Positions 1 through 9,300 of a stretch of 64,000 nucleotides of DNA are shown one piece after another. The notes beneath the pieces were generated by a model. That model did not search any database, was not told the origin of the DNA, and saw only the letters and a program-made list of their open reading frames with translations. Source of the DNA: a virus; IMG/VR virus record IMGVR_UViG_3300006793_000015, positions 32,001 through 96,000 of that record, one strand, 5' to 3'. The stretch's first letter is position 1. Every line of letters starts with the position of its first letter. The position numbers were made by a program, and so were the translations under genes.

Positions 1-188
1 AAAACAAAACGTTCTGTGTCACTTGCCTCTGCCGCCGCTTTGTGTGCCGCATCGGATCCATAAACACCATCTACGTGTTTTGCCCACGGAACCATGTTAA
101 GTATCTTAGCCCAAAACTCGTCCTTCTGTGGTTCATCATATGTTAAGTAGATGCAGTCTAAATCTGCCACATCAACTATCTCAGTCAT
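1..188 (-). CDS. Partial CDS running off the window, probable glycosyltransferase-like protein (MTEIVDVADLDCIYLTYDEPQKDEFWAKILNMVPWAKHVDGVYGSDAAHKAAAEASDTERFVL...)
   Basis: Translated by hand; ATG at 188 overlaps the end of the 181..408 ORF; frame open to window edge; N-terminus resembles a GT-A/GT2 fold start; sits in a GT cluster. Confidence 0.6.
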   Translation of the reverse strand, partial: MTEIVDVADLDCIYLTYDEPQKDEFWAKILNMVPWAKHVDGVYGSDAAHKAAAEASDTERFV

Positions 189-408
189 TAAATGTTTCCT
201 CAAATAACTTTGCTTCTGTTGGACGCCTAAATGTTACTCTAACTCCATCAGCGTAAACTTTATCGTCTACTTTAAACTCACCTTTACAGTTTGTTTGGCA
301 CCACTCTTTAACAGTCCTGTAAATTTTAACTGCTTCTTTAAATTCTTTGTTTTTAATTACTTCTCCTTGCTGTGCTTCCCAAGGATATTTTGCGTGTTTT
401 GTTACCAT
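181..408 (-). CDS. Hypothetical protein (75 aa)
   Basis: ORF with upstream AGGA, co-oriented and tightly packed in the operon. Confidence 0.65.
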   Translation of the reverse strand: MVTKHAKYPWEAQQGEVIKNKEFKEAVKIYRTVKEWCQTNCKGEFKVDDKVYADGVRVTFRRPTEAKLFEETFND

Positions 409-431
409 TATTGATTCCTATTTTGTTTCTC

Positions 432-821
432 TTATTGTAATTGATAATAACTTTCGTCTCTATTAAACATCACCTGATCTGGATCAATGACATGTTTAAT
501 TAACCTATGATCCTTCTCTGTTACTAAAACTGGTTGACTATGATCTAACTCCGAAGCGTGTGTTACTTGTCTATACTTTGACGCTGAACTGCTATGTTTT
601 TCTATAGGCTTTAACTTACCATCTTCGACAGTCCAGTCAGTGATAAAGTTATTCTCTGGCCAGTTCCATGGAACTTTTATATAACTTAATTCTTCTCTTT
701 CTTCTGGCGATGCCTCGTATATTTTACCTGCATCATCATAGTATAAGCAATAGTCTGGCTTTTCCTTTTCACTATAGTCAAAGCCTTCCAATGCTTCTAA
801 AAACTCATTAAGTCCTTTCAT
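432..821 (-). CDS. Hypothetical protein (129 aa)
   Basis: ORF overlapping the upstream gene end, same operon. Confidence 0.75.
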   Translation of the reverse strand: MKGLNEFLEALEGFDYSEKEKPDYCLYYDDAGKIYEASPEEREELSYIKVPWNWPENNFITDWTVEDGKLKPIEKHSSSASKYRQVTHASELDHSQPVLVTEKDHRLIKHVIDPDQVMFNRDESYYQLQ

Positions 822-1671
822 AGTACTCTATTGTTTTATCAGCCAAGTACTCCTTACATTCAGCACCATGTACTGGATATATTTGTGGCTCAACACCAAT
901 AAGTAGTCCAATGCTATCACTATAACTTATATTAACAACATCCTCTATCTTATGCTGTTCGGGCCACTCTAAAATGCTTGGCTTTAAATGTACAAACGTT
1001 GGATAATCCAATACGCTGTTAGTAGCAGTATACTCTTGCTCCTGTAATACTAACGCAATGGCTAACGCAACATCTGTTGTGGGTTTACTGTCTCTACAGT
1101 TTTTAATATTCTCTGTTACAGTATTCCAGTTCTTGTAAACCCATTTAAGTGTTTTAAACAGTTTTAAACTTTCCTCGCCGTAACGAAAATACATAAACCC
1201 ACTATACGCATTAGGCAGTTCGTTTTCATCAAATACTTTTCTGTATTTGCGCGATGTAGCAATGCTTCCATCTAACTTGCGAACGTTTGTAGCAATAAGC
1301 ACTTCCTGCTCACGCATAAACGTCCACCAGTGGTCAATGTTTCTCGTAAACACTAAGTCACAGTCTATCTTAACTGTTTCTTTAAATGGTGTTATTGCCC
1401 ACGCTTTCCACTCGTTACCTAACTTCCAACTATCTTCTTCGCTTTCATCTCCCCACGGTATGTCTATAACGTAGTCAAACACTTCGTGGTGCTTATCCTC
1501 TAAACACTGTTTAGTCGCTTCGTCTACTGCTACGGCAAATTTGTTTATACGTTGCGTTGCCTTTAAACTTAATCCACATGCGTAAGCAAGTTTTAAATAG
1601 TCTGTTGTCTCATTGTTTTGAACAAAAGTAAAATATCCTAGTTGTTCGTTGTGATCTTTAATTCTCTTCAT
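808..1671 (-). CDS. Glycosyltransferase-like protein (GT-A fold, GT8/mannosyltransferase-like)
   Basis: DxD-type motif TPFKETVKIDCD, N-terminal YLKLAYACGLSLK helix, late TDVALAIA and FVHLK motifs typical of GT-A enzymes. Confidence 0.7.
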   Translation of the reverse strand: MKRIKDHNEQLGYFTFVQNNETTDYLKLAYACGLSLKATQRINKFAVAVDEATKQCLEDKHHEVFDYVIDIPWGDESEEDSWKLGNEWKAWAITPFKETVKIDCDLVFTRNIDHWWTFMREQEVLIATNVRKLDGSIATSRKYRKVFDENELPNAYSGFMYFRYGEESLKLFKTLKWVYKNWNTVTENIKNCRDSKPTTDVALAIALVLQEQEYTATNSVLDYPTFVHLKPSILEWPEQHKIEDVVNISYSDSIGLLIGVEPQIYPVHGAECKEYLADKTIEYYERT

Positions 1672-2497
1672 TTGGTGTATGGATTAAAGTAGGCTGTGTT
1701 GCATATCTTATAATACTATTAGCATGTTCGAGTATGCTATACTTGTTCATAATATGTAAATTAGCATTGCGTATCATCGATACTTCGTTGTCAAACTCAT
1801 AAACTACCATACCATCTTCTCTAACATCTGTTAAAGTATGCTGAGAAGGTAAAGTAAGGAGGGAGTTGTCGAAATAACCTTCTAAACTTAAAAGGTTATA
1901 TGCAATACTTATAGCATAATCGTTGCGGTATGGCCCTTTCTTGAAATTATATAGATTGTAATAATACATATAATTTTCTTTTACCGTACTCACTAAATCG
2001 AAAAATGTTTTAGCAGTTTCTCCTTTAGTAAAGTATAACACGGTTGCCCACAGCATGGGTATGCTACTCCAATGCAATAACTTATCATCAATAAAACTAT
2101 TCTTACCTGTTATATCAAACACATTCTTATGGCATACTAACTCTTCTTGTGTTTCGAATATTCCTTGCAACGAATTGTTAAACATTAGATAGTCTACATC
2201 TAATAGTAAAGTTTTTTGGAATGGAGACAATTCGTATGCTAATGGTCTAGTTTTATTGTGCCATGTAAGTTCTTCGACTTCTCCCTCGGGGTTTCTAAAC
2301 GTTCTTCTTCCGCTATTGCCAGCATCAATATGTATTACGTGGTCAAACGGTCCATCGACAGGATTGTTAGTAACTAACGCTATTCCTGTTCCTGGTAAAT
2401 GTTTGCGTACTAACAAAGCACAAATAATGGCGAGATTTGTGTAACTTATTGATTCGTTATCATACGCAAATAATAATACGCCTTTATCATCGGGCAT
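1658..2497 (-). CDS. Glycosyltransferase-like protein (GT-A fold), paralogue of 808..1671
   Basis: SPFQKTLLLDVDY DxD motif; RNDYAISIA and LHIMNK align with TDVALAIA and VHLK of the neighbour. Confidence 0.7.
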   Translation of the reverse strand: MPDDKGVLLFAYDNESISYTNLAIICALLVRKHLPGTGIALVTNNPVDGPFDHVIHIDAGNSGRRTFRNPEGEVEELTWHNKTRPLAYELSPFQKTLLLDVDYLMFNNSLQGIFETQEELVCHKNVFDITGKNSFIDDKLLHWSSIPMLWATVLYFTKGETAKTFFDLVSTVKENYMYYYNLYNFKKGPYRNDYAISIAYNLLSLEGYFDNSLLTLPSQHTLTDVREDGMVVYEFDNEVSMIRNANLHIMNKYSILEHANSIIRYATQPTLIHTPNEEN

Positions 2498-2847
2498 TAA
2501 ATTTGATCTGGTTTTCTAATTTGTCGAATTTTGTTTAGTTCGGCATAGTATTCGTTGGTTACTTCGTAATACCGTTGCCATAGTTTTTGTGTAAAGTCTA
2601 CTGGATCCTCAATTATAATTGGATTTTCAAATTGATCTAATACAACAGTTGGATTTGATTCTAAGTCATTTCGTTCAGCAATTTGTTGCCTTAAAGACAT
2701 TAGTTCGCAAAAACTAATTAATTCATAGGATACTTTGAATAAACCGCCGTTGTATGGGAGGGAGAGTAACCCCAAAGTGGTCTCACGCTTTGTTGCATGA
2801 GCCACTTTTTGGTTAAACTTTTTCTTTACAATTTCTTTTGCACTCAT
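2497..2847 (-). CDS. Hypothetical protein; likely start is ATG 2847 (MSAKE), not TTG 2865
   Basis: ORF; the TTG at 2865 lies inside the sigma70 promoter spacer, ATG 2847 lies 6 nt after its -10 box. Confidence 0.7.
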   Translation of the reverse strand: MSAKEIVKKKFNQKVAHATKRETTLGLLSLPYNGGLFKVSYELISFCELMSLRQQIAERNDLESNPTVVLDQFENPIIIEDPVDFTQKLWQRYYEVTNEYYAELNKIRQIRKPDQI

Positions 2848-2853
2848 AGACTC

Positions 2854-2882
2854 ATTATATAACAAATGCTTCTAATTGTCAA
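2854..2882 (-). promoter_or_regulatory. Perfect sigma70-type promoter TTGACA-17-TATAAT driving the glycosyltransferase cluster
   Basis: + strand tgtcaa 2877-2882 and attata 2854-2859, 17-nt spacer. Confidence 0.85.
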
Positions 2883-2892
2883 TATTAATTAA

Positions 2893-3804
2893 TTAAGATT
2901 GTGTAAAGCCTGTACTACTATATGTTGGTGCACCTGTCCAGGCTGCATTGTTCAATGCTGTAGTGTTTGGTGTTCTGTGTGTAATAGTATTTGTTACTGT
3001 ACCGTCAACGCTATCATCAAAGTTATCAGCGGCTGCATCAGCCCATGTAATAGTGAATGTTAATACACTACCACTGTCGCCGTTTACGCCCTGAGCACCG
3101 TTTGATTTTGCTTGTACAGAAATATAGTTTGATGTATAAGGACTGTCACCTTCATATTGTCTAAATACCAACTGATTAGAGGTTGACATGTCATGATAAC
3201 CAACTGTTGTTGCTTCTGTATCTGCTGTTCCAGAACCGCCAGACTTAGTTGTACCTTGTGCGGCAAAAATAATTGTGCCACATGCGGTTGCTAAATTTGA
3301 CCACTCAGTATTCTTTGTATGTGTTGTGCCACCTGTTCTACTAAATGTGAACTGTGTGCTACCACCTGCATTAAAATAGTATCTTGCTTCGTCGCCACTT
3401 GCCCATGTAAGTGTAAACTCATGAACTGTACTTGTTGTCCAACTAGCAGAGCCATCGCCTGTACTGGATGTGTCTGTATAGTTGGGGGACGTAATGTTCA
3501 ATCTGTTTGTGTCAATTGTGGTAATATTACCTGATAGAGCGGAGTATGCACTGATTGTATCACCTGCGCTGGGTGAGCTAATCGCTGTAATTGAGCTACC
3601 TTGATGGGATGAGGCTGAGGAAATTCTTGCTAACAATGTTGACCACTGGGTTGCTGTAACGGTTGATGATGCGGAAGTAGAAGCAATTGTGTTTGATTGC
3701 CCGTATCCATGATCACCTGATCCAGTCCCCCATATAGCGTTAACGCTAGTAGTAAAGTCATTATAGTGTGTAGCGAGAATTGTATCACCTGTTACGTATG
3801 CCAT
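2893..3804 (-). CDS. Virion structural protein (Ser/Thr/Gly-rich, fibre/baseplate-associated)
   Basis: 303 aa, S/T/G-rich, ARYYFNAGG motif, GGAG SD, late promoter upstream. Confidence 0.65.
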   Translation of the reverse strand: MAYVTGDTILATHYNDFTTSVNAIWGTGSGDHGYGQSNTIASTSASSTVTATQWSTLLARISSASSHQGSSITAISSPSAGDTISAYSALSGNITTIDTNRLNITSPNYTDTSSTGDGSASWTTSTVHEFTLTWASGDEARYYFNAGGSTQFTFSRTGGTTHTKNTEWSNLATACGTIIFAAQGTTKSGGSGTADTEATTVGYHDMSTSNQLVFRQYEGDSPYTSNYISVQAKSNGAQGVNGDSGSVLTFTITWADAAADNFDDSVDGTVTNTITHRTPNTTALNNAAWTGAPTYSSTGFTQS

Positions 3805-3937
3805 CTTTCTTATATTCTCCTATAGGGTTTTACTGTTTTTTCTCGAGATTTTGTTAATTAAATTCAAAGTATTATTCATTTGTTAAGTTATGTACAGCGT
3901 ACAAAGGAATAATTGCCTTTTATAAAAGTAACAACAG

Positions 3938-3945
3938 TATTTATA
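3938..3945 (-). promoter_or_regulatory. T4-type late promoter TATAAATA
   Basis: tatttata on + strand, intergenic, upstream of 2893..3804; gp55 is encoded in the window. Confidence 0.75.
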
Positions 3946-3956
3946 CTTTTTCTTAA

Positions 3957-5495
3957 TTATACTACTCGTACAATACAAAGAACTAGTTTCTCGTTTTCAT
4001 TTTTATTGCTTTCTAACGCCCTTCCAATACAATTAAAAGCAGTTATTTCACTATCAGTTGCTTTTCTTGCTGTACCATTACCTGCTGACACTAGTCGGTC
4101 ACCTTTTGTAACCGAACCAGTAACTTTAACTGGAACTCTACCAGCCAATGCTACTTGAATACCATCTTCTTGTTCACTGTTCATTAAGTATGCTGGGTAT
4201 GAACTTACAACACCTAACACATCTTCTGATGCTGTTGTTTCACACATTGTAACTTCACGCTCTCCACCAATCTGTACAACAGTACCTGCGTCATAGTCGT
4301 AGTCTGCTTCAAACTTTTCTGCTAAGTCAGCATATTGTGCTGAAGTTGCCAAACCTGTTAATGTGGCTACGTGCATGTTTGCGTAACTATCAATTGTTAC
4401 ATTACCTGCTGTGCTACCTGTTTCTGTTGTGGTAACGGCTGCCCATTCATCAGCAGTCTCATCCCAAATCATACCAGTATTTGCGCTTGTTCCGCGCTCA
4501 ACAATAATACCTGCGTCATAAGAAGGCGTACCTGCAACATTTTTAGCAAGAACAATTAATGGATCTTCTACTAATAAGTTAGTAGTGTCAATTGTTGATG
4601 TTGTGCCATTAACTGTTAAGTCGCCTGCGATTGTAACAGCAGTAGTTGACCCATCAATTTCAATGGCGTTGGTAGGAACACCACCTACGTTAACGTTCAT
4701 GTACATATTACCATTGCTAGTATTATTCTTAAACGTTACATCGTCACCCGACACTGATAATGTAATATCAGAGTCAACACCAATTACTACACCATTATCA
4801 TTTAAAACACTAATCGAACCTGATGTTGTTTCGTTTGTGTCAGATCGCATGTAATTGGCGGCCGCTACTCCTGCTAGTGAGTCAGAGTCAGTTGCTGTTC
4901 CGTGCCATTTAGCATCTGTTACTGTAGTGCTAAGGTTATAACCAGGACTTACTGTAGCAAATCCACCAATTGCTACGTTTGGTGTAAAGACACTATCTTT
5001 AGATATAATAGCAACTCTTGTGTCTGCTACATACATTGAAATTACAGTATGATCTGCCGCCAATGTATCTGTGATAGTTTCTACAAGTGGGCCTGTTTTA
5101 ACGCCAGCTGCGTATAAAGGACCAACAAGAATCCATGATGTGTTGTCCCAAGCAAATAATTGGTCATTTACGGTATCAAACCATAACTCACCTTCTGAGG
5201 GACTAGTAGGAGCAGTTGATTGTCTCGTTAAACCGCCCGCGCCTTTCCAATTTGTTCCGGTATAAACTTTTAATGTACTCGTTCCTGTATCCCACCATAA
5301 TTCACCAGCAAGTGGTGAACTTGGTGCAGTTGTATTTGCAAAGTTTTCTAGTAAGTATACAAAGTTCTCGTTTTGAATCTCACCGTAACCGGCATAGTTC
5401 TTACCAATGAGGGTAAGATCTGAAGTTGTGTCTAGGGTCGAATCCGCAACTGTTGTTAAGACTGACCCATCCGTTTTATTAACTGTATATGCCAC
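3957..5495 (-). CDS. Tail fibre/baseplate-associated protein with C-terminal intramolecular-chaperone (peptidase G2/IMC-like) domain
   Basis: N-terminal LIGKNYAGYGEIQNENFVYLLENFA; C-terminal SAQYADLAE...GVVS..PAYLMN...VALAGRVPVKVTG..KGDRLVS...IGRALE signature. Confidence 0.75.
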   Translation of the reverse strand: MAYTVNKTDGSVLTTVADSTLDTTSDLTLIGKNYAGYGEIQNENFVYLLENFANTTAPSSPLAGELWWDTGTSTLKVYTGTNWKGAGGLTRQSTAPTSPSEGELWFDTVNDQLFAWDNTSWILVGPLYAAGVKTGPLVETITDTLAADHTVISMYVADTRVAIISKDSVFTPNVAIGGFATVSPGYNLSTTVTDAKWHGTATDSDSLAGVAAANYMRSDTNETTSGSISVLNDNGVVIGVDSDITLSVSGDDVTFKNNTSNGNMYMNVNVGGVPTNAIEIDGSTTAVTIAGDLTVNGTTSTIDTTNLLVEDPLIVLAKNVAGTPSYDAGIIVERGTSANTGMIWDETADEWAAVTTTETGSTAGNVTIDSYANMHVATLTGLATSAQYADLAEKFEADYDYDAGTVVQIGGEREVTMCETTASEDVLGVVSSYPAYLMNSEQEDGIQVALAGRVPVKVTGSVTKGDRLVSAGNGTARKATDSEITAFNCIGRALESNKNENEKLVLCIVRVV

Positions 5496-5579
5496 TTTAT
5501 TTCTCCATTTTATAATCGATTATGTTTGCCACGGCACTACGCCGTTAAATGTTTGGCATTGCATATAATATGCTACTAT

Positions 5580-5598
5580 TATTTATATTCTATTTATA
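5580..5598 (-). promoter_or_regulatory. Tandem T4-type late promoters (two TATAAATA)
   Basis: tatttata at 5580-5587 and 5591-5598, intergenic, upstream of 3957..5495. Confidence 0.75.
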
Positions 5599-5641
5599 GA
5601 AAGACTCAATAATAGACAAGAAAAGTGGCTTTTCCGGTGCC

Positions 5642-6313
5642 TTAAGTTGCGGAACTTAGGTTTGTAAGCGTTTGAATGCGTATTGTATAGTCGATTTGAA
5701 TCAAACGGTTTAATGACTTCTGTACAGGGTGGAAAACTACGTGTGTAAGTAAGTTACCCTCGCCTAACACACCTTCCCAACTCTTTAGGCCTAATTCGTC
5801 AAATACATACGTGCCGTCTAGTGAAGCAGAGTTATCAAATGCTTCTTGACCTGCTGGTTCACCGTAATCTAGCAAGCATGAAACTAAAATATCGGAATAA
5901 ACTGTGCCTGCAACGTGACTGACAGTCATTTTGTTTCGTGTTGGATCTGGATTGGAACTACTAGTATCGTCAACAACCTTATAATAAGTTTTATTGTATA
6001 AGTCTGCCGAACTGCCTGAGTTATTTGCAGGTAGGTATGTAATGATACCAGTAGTAGATACTGAGGTACCACCGTTACCAAAATGCATTTCGTGAATAAA
6101 CCCTGTTGTCTTATTAGCGACGCTCTGTGCCAGTGCTAAAGAAAAGTTTTCATAATGAATAGCGTTACGCTTATCTACAAAAACCTCTTCTGTTTCGGGA
6201 TCAAAGATTTTAATGTGACCTTCAATGTTCACACTAGGAATTTCATTAGGTTGTTTTGTTTCCATATCTTGTTTTTCTTCACTTTCGTTGACTTGTTTAT
6301 TTTCATTTTCCAT
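5642..6313 (-). CDS. Conserved-looking baseplate-region structural protein (223 aa)
   Basis: EGHIKIFD...KRNAIHYEN, FGNGGT, FDELGL, THVVFHPVQKSLNR motifs; position directly after the giant baseplate gene. Confidence 0.65.
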   Translation of the reverse strand: MENENKQVNESEEKQDMETKQPNEIPSVNIEGHIKIFDPETEEVFVDKRNAIHYENFSLALAQSVANKTTGFIHEMHFGNGGTSVSTTGIITYLPANNSGSSADLYNKTYYKVVDDTSSSNPDPTRNKMTVSHVAGTVYSDILVSCLLDYGEPAGQEAFDNSASLDGTYVFDELGLKSWEGVLGEGNLLTHVVFHPVQKSLNRLIQIDYTIRIQTLTNLSSAT

Positions 6314-6330
6314 CTGAAGTATTTATCCTA

Positions 6331-9300
6331 TTAATATGCCTTTGGAGTAGTTAACGGTGCTTCCTTAAGGAATTTTGCCTGTGCTGACGTTGCTAAACCT
6401 AAACCTTGGCCGTTTGTTGCTGTACTTGTGCCTTGATCATACCATACATTAGTATGTGCTTCAGTCTTACCTGGAATTGCTTGTTGCTTACTTCCATCAA
6501 CAACTTCAGTTTGTGCGTTATAAGTTGTTTGGACACCTGTGCCCCAAGTTCCTCTACGAACTCGTTTTAATGTATTTCCGTCAATTTCCCAATATTCTAT
6601 TCTCTCGCCTCCAATGAATATCACACCTGGAATACCATTTGTTGGTTGCGGTGTTAATAACTTGGATGCGTCAGTAACACTAATTGTTAAATCTGTGTAT
6701 GCAAGATCTGTAGATAATGTTGTTGTATTTGCTGTGGAAATTCTATAGTATGCAACTTGGTCAAACATATCTTTCCAAATTCTAAATCCAATACCTTGTC
6801 CTTGCTCAGCTTCGGCTCCGCGCATAGTAGTCACTGTGATCTTATCTGATGCTAATATCAACCCACTTAGTGGTGTCATTACCAAATAACCATCACTAGT
6901 GATATAGTAATCATGGTTTGCTATTTGATAAACTCCGTTTAACCATACCCAAGCATAGTTAGTGTTGTATTCTTCCATCATTACTCTAATATCGTACACT
7001 GGTGTAGCAATAGAAACGCTAATATCGCCGGCGTACGCAATATCATCATATACGACTGTGTCAAACCTTTCAAGTCCTGTTGAGGTTGCAATTGATGATC
7101 CCTCAATAGTAATAGTGTTTCCTTGGCTGTACTTTTGATTAATATATGACTGTACAAAAACTGAATCACTAGTAGATGCATTAGCAGTTCTTGATAACCC
7201 TGTACCATCTTCTAAAATAATACTTTGATCATTTTCAATCCAGTACTGCCCGTTTCTAACAGATATAGCAATCTCTAAGCCGTCTGCAGGTGCTGTGACA
7301 AATGTTATTTCTGCTCTTGCTGGAGTTCCTGTAAACGTATAATCTGTTGTGAGTGTCTTTAACTCTCCGCCAACGTGTACTTGAATGTCTGCATCAGTTG
7401 CTAATGCGTAGTCTACTGTTGGATTAGATGGACTCGCAAATACAGTTGTGCTACCATCACCAGTGTAATATTCTGTGTCACCTGGTGCTAGTCTAGTCTT
7501 GTTTAAGTATACAACTACTTTAGCATAATCCGGACCTTGCTCTATAAACTGTGCTGGATAAGTTAATATGTAATCTGTAGGCCATGTTGTTAGTGTTGGA
7601 AGAGTAAATTCTTCCGAGTCAACTCTAATATAAGGTTGTGGAATACCAATTTTATCATCATAAACTGATGCGGTTGCCGTTGCTTGCACACCCCCTGCTC
7701 CAGGAGTGCCTATTGTAACTGTTGGCGCACTAGTATATCCTGTGCCTACGTTTGTTATAATAAATCCTTCAACTTCTCCGTTGTCGTTAACTACTGCGGT
7801 TGCGGCTGCGTTTGAGCCTACACCACTAATAGTAACTGTTGGTGGATTGCTAGGATCATATTTAGATCCTGGATTTGTTACTTCTAGTCCAGACATGTTG
7901 AATGTATGTACTCTTATTCTAGAATTAGCAATAGGAGCGGCATCAAATGTAATTTTTGTTCTCTTATAATAACTAGTTGCTGTATAAGATTGATTGCCAC
8001 CATTGACTGTAACATATAAACTTTGCGCGTATTGATATGGAACATTGACAATAAACTCAGTTGTTGATTCATCACCAACAAAGTCTTGCTGGAATGAACT
8101 AAAGTTTTCACCGCCCGTTTCAACTAAAACAATATGTACTAGTTGTCCATTCAACGCAGGTGAATTTAAGTTAACTGTGTTGTTAGTAAAATCTAATGTA
8201 TAATCAACTAAGCGAATTTTTAGTACGTTATCAACATATACCTCTGCGCCAAATGACGCAGTAGGTAAGCCGCCTAAGTCACTGAAATTGTAAGCAGTGG
8301 TTGAGCCATTGCCATTATACGTATACTTTCTAACAGTTACACCTGAATTTCTTGGAGTAGGCATTTCATACACTTTCATATCCAGTGTATCAAACAATCT
8401 ACCTGGAATTTGTTCTTCAGGAGCATGTGATGTGTATGTTGTAACAAATCCATCACCATCGACTACAACATTAGCAGGGTCAACACCGCCAGTACTGCTA
8501 AAATCACCGCCGCTCATATCTGTGTCAACAGACGCGATAACCCTAATGCCTTCTTCTGTTATAGCAAAGTCATCAAAAGCATTTCTAGCATACGCGGCTC
8601 TGTCATAACCAGGTTCTAAACTAAACTCCGCACCAAGGACCTTGTTTGCTTTATACTCCAAACCTGATTCGGATATAACCGCTTCATAAGTTGGAGTATT
8701 TACCTGCTCGTTTTTCCAGTTCTTATCACTGTTTGTGCCTGTTTGCCCACCTGCGTAATAAAGTGTTAAACGATCACTGTTCTTTTTACTTGTTAGTTCA
8801 TGATTTGGCTCTAATCTATTGTACGTAGTAAATGAAATTGTTGCGGTTGCTGTAGCATTTGAACCTCCGCCACCGCTAATAATAACAGTAGGGGCTGTTT
8901 GGTAATCTCTGCCTTGTTGAGTGACTGTAATTCCTGCTACTGCGCCGCTTGAAATATTTGCTACTGCCTGTGCGCCTGTGCCACCAAGTCCGGTGCTCAC
9001 TGCCGTTGCCCTTGCTTCTGTTATTGGATTAGGGTCAGTTGGGCTATTTTTTATAAACTGTACAAATGGAGTTTTAGTATATCCACTGCCAGGCTCTGTT
9101 ACTGTAACACTGGTCACTGAACCATCAATGTCTAACACCAACGACGCAGTTGCTTGCACTCCGTTTAACTCATCTGGTGGTGATATTACAATCAATGGCG
9201 CCACTGAGTAACCCATTCCCTTTTCTGTTACTGTAATTTCTGAAACAGTTCCTGTTATTGTAACTGTTGGAATTGATGTGTATCCTGTGCCGCCAGTATC

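Noticed and set aside
5565-5579. 15-mer ATAATATGCTACTAT repeated at 55512-55526, both near fibre genes
   Set aside because: AT-rich match plausible by chance in 64 kb and opposite orientation relative to the two genes
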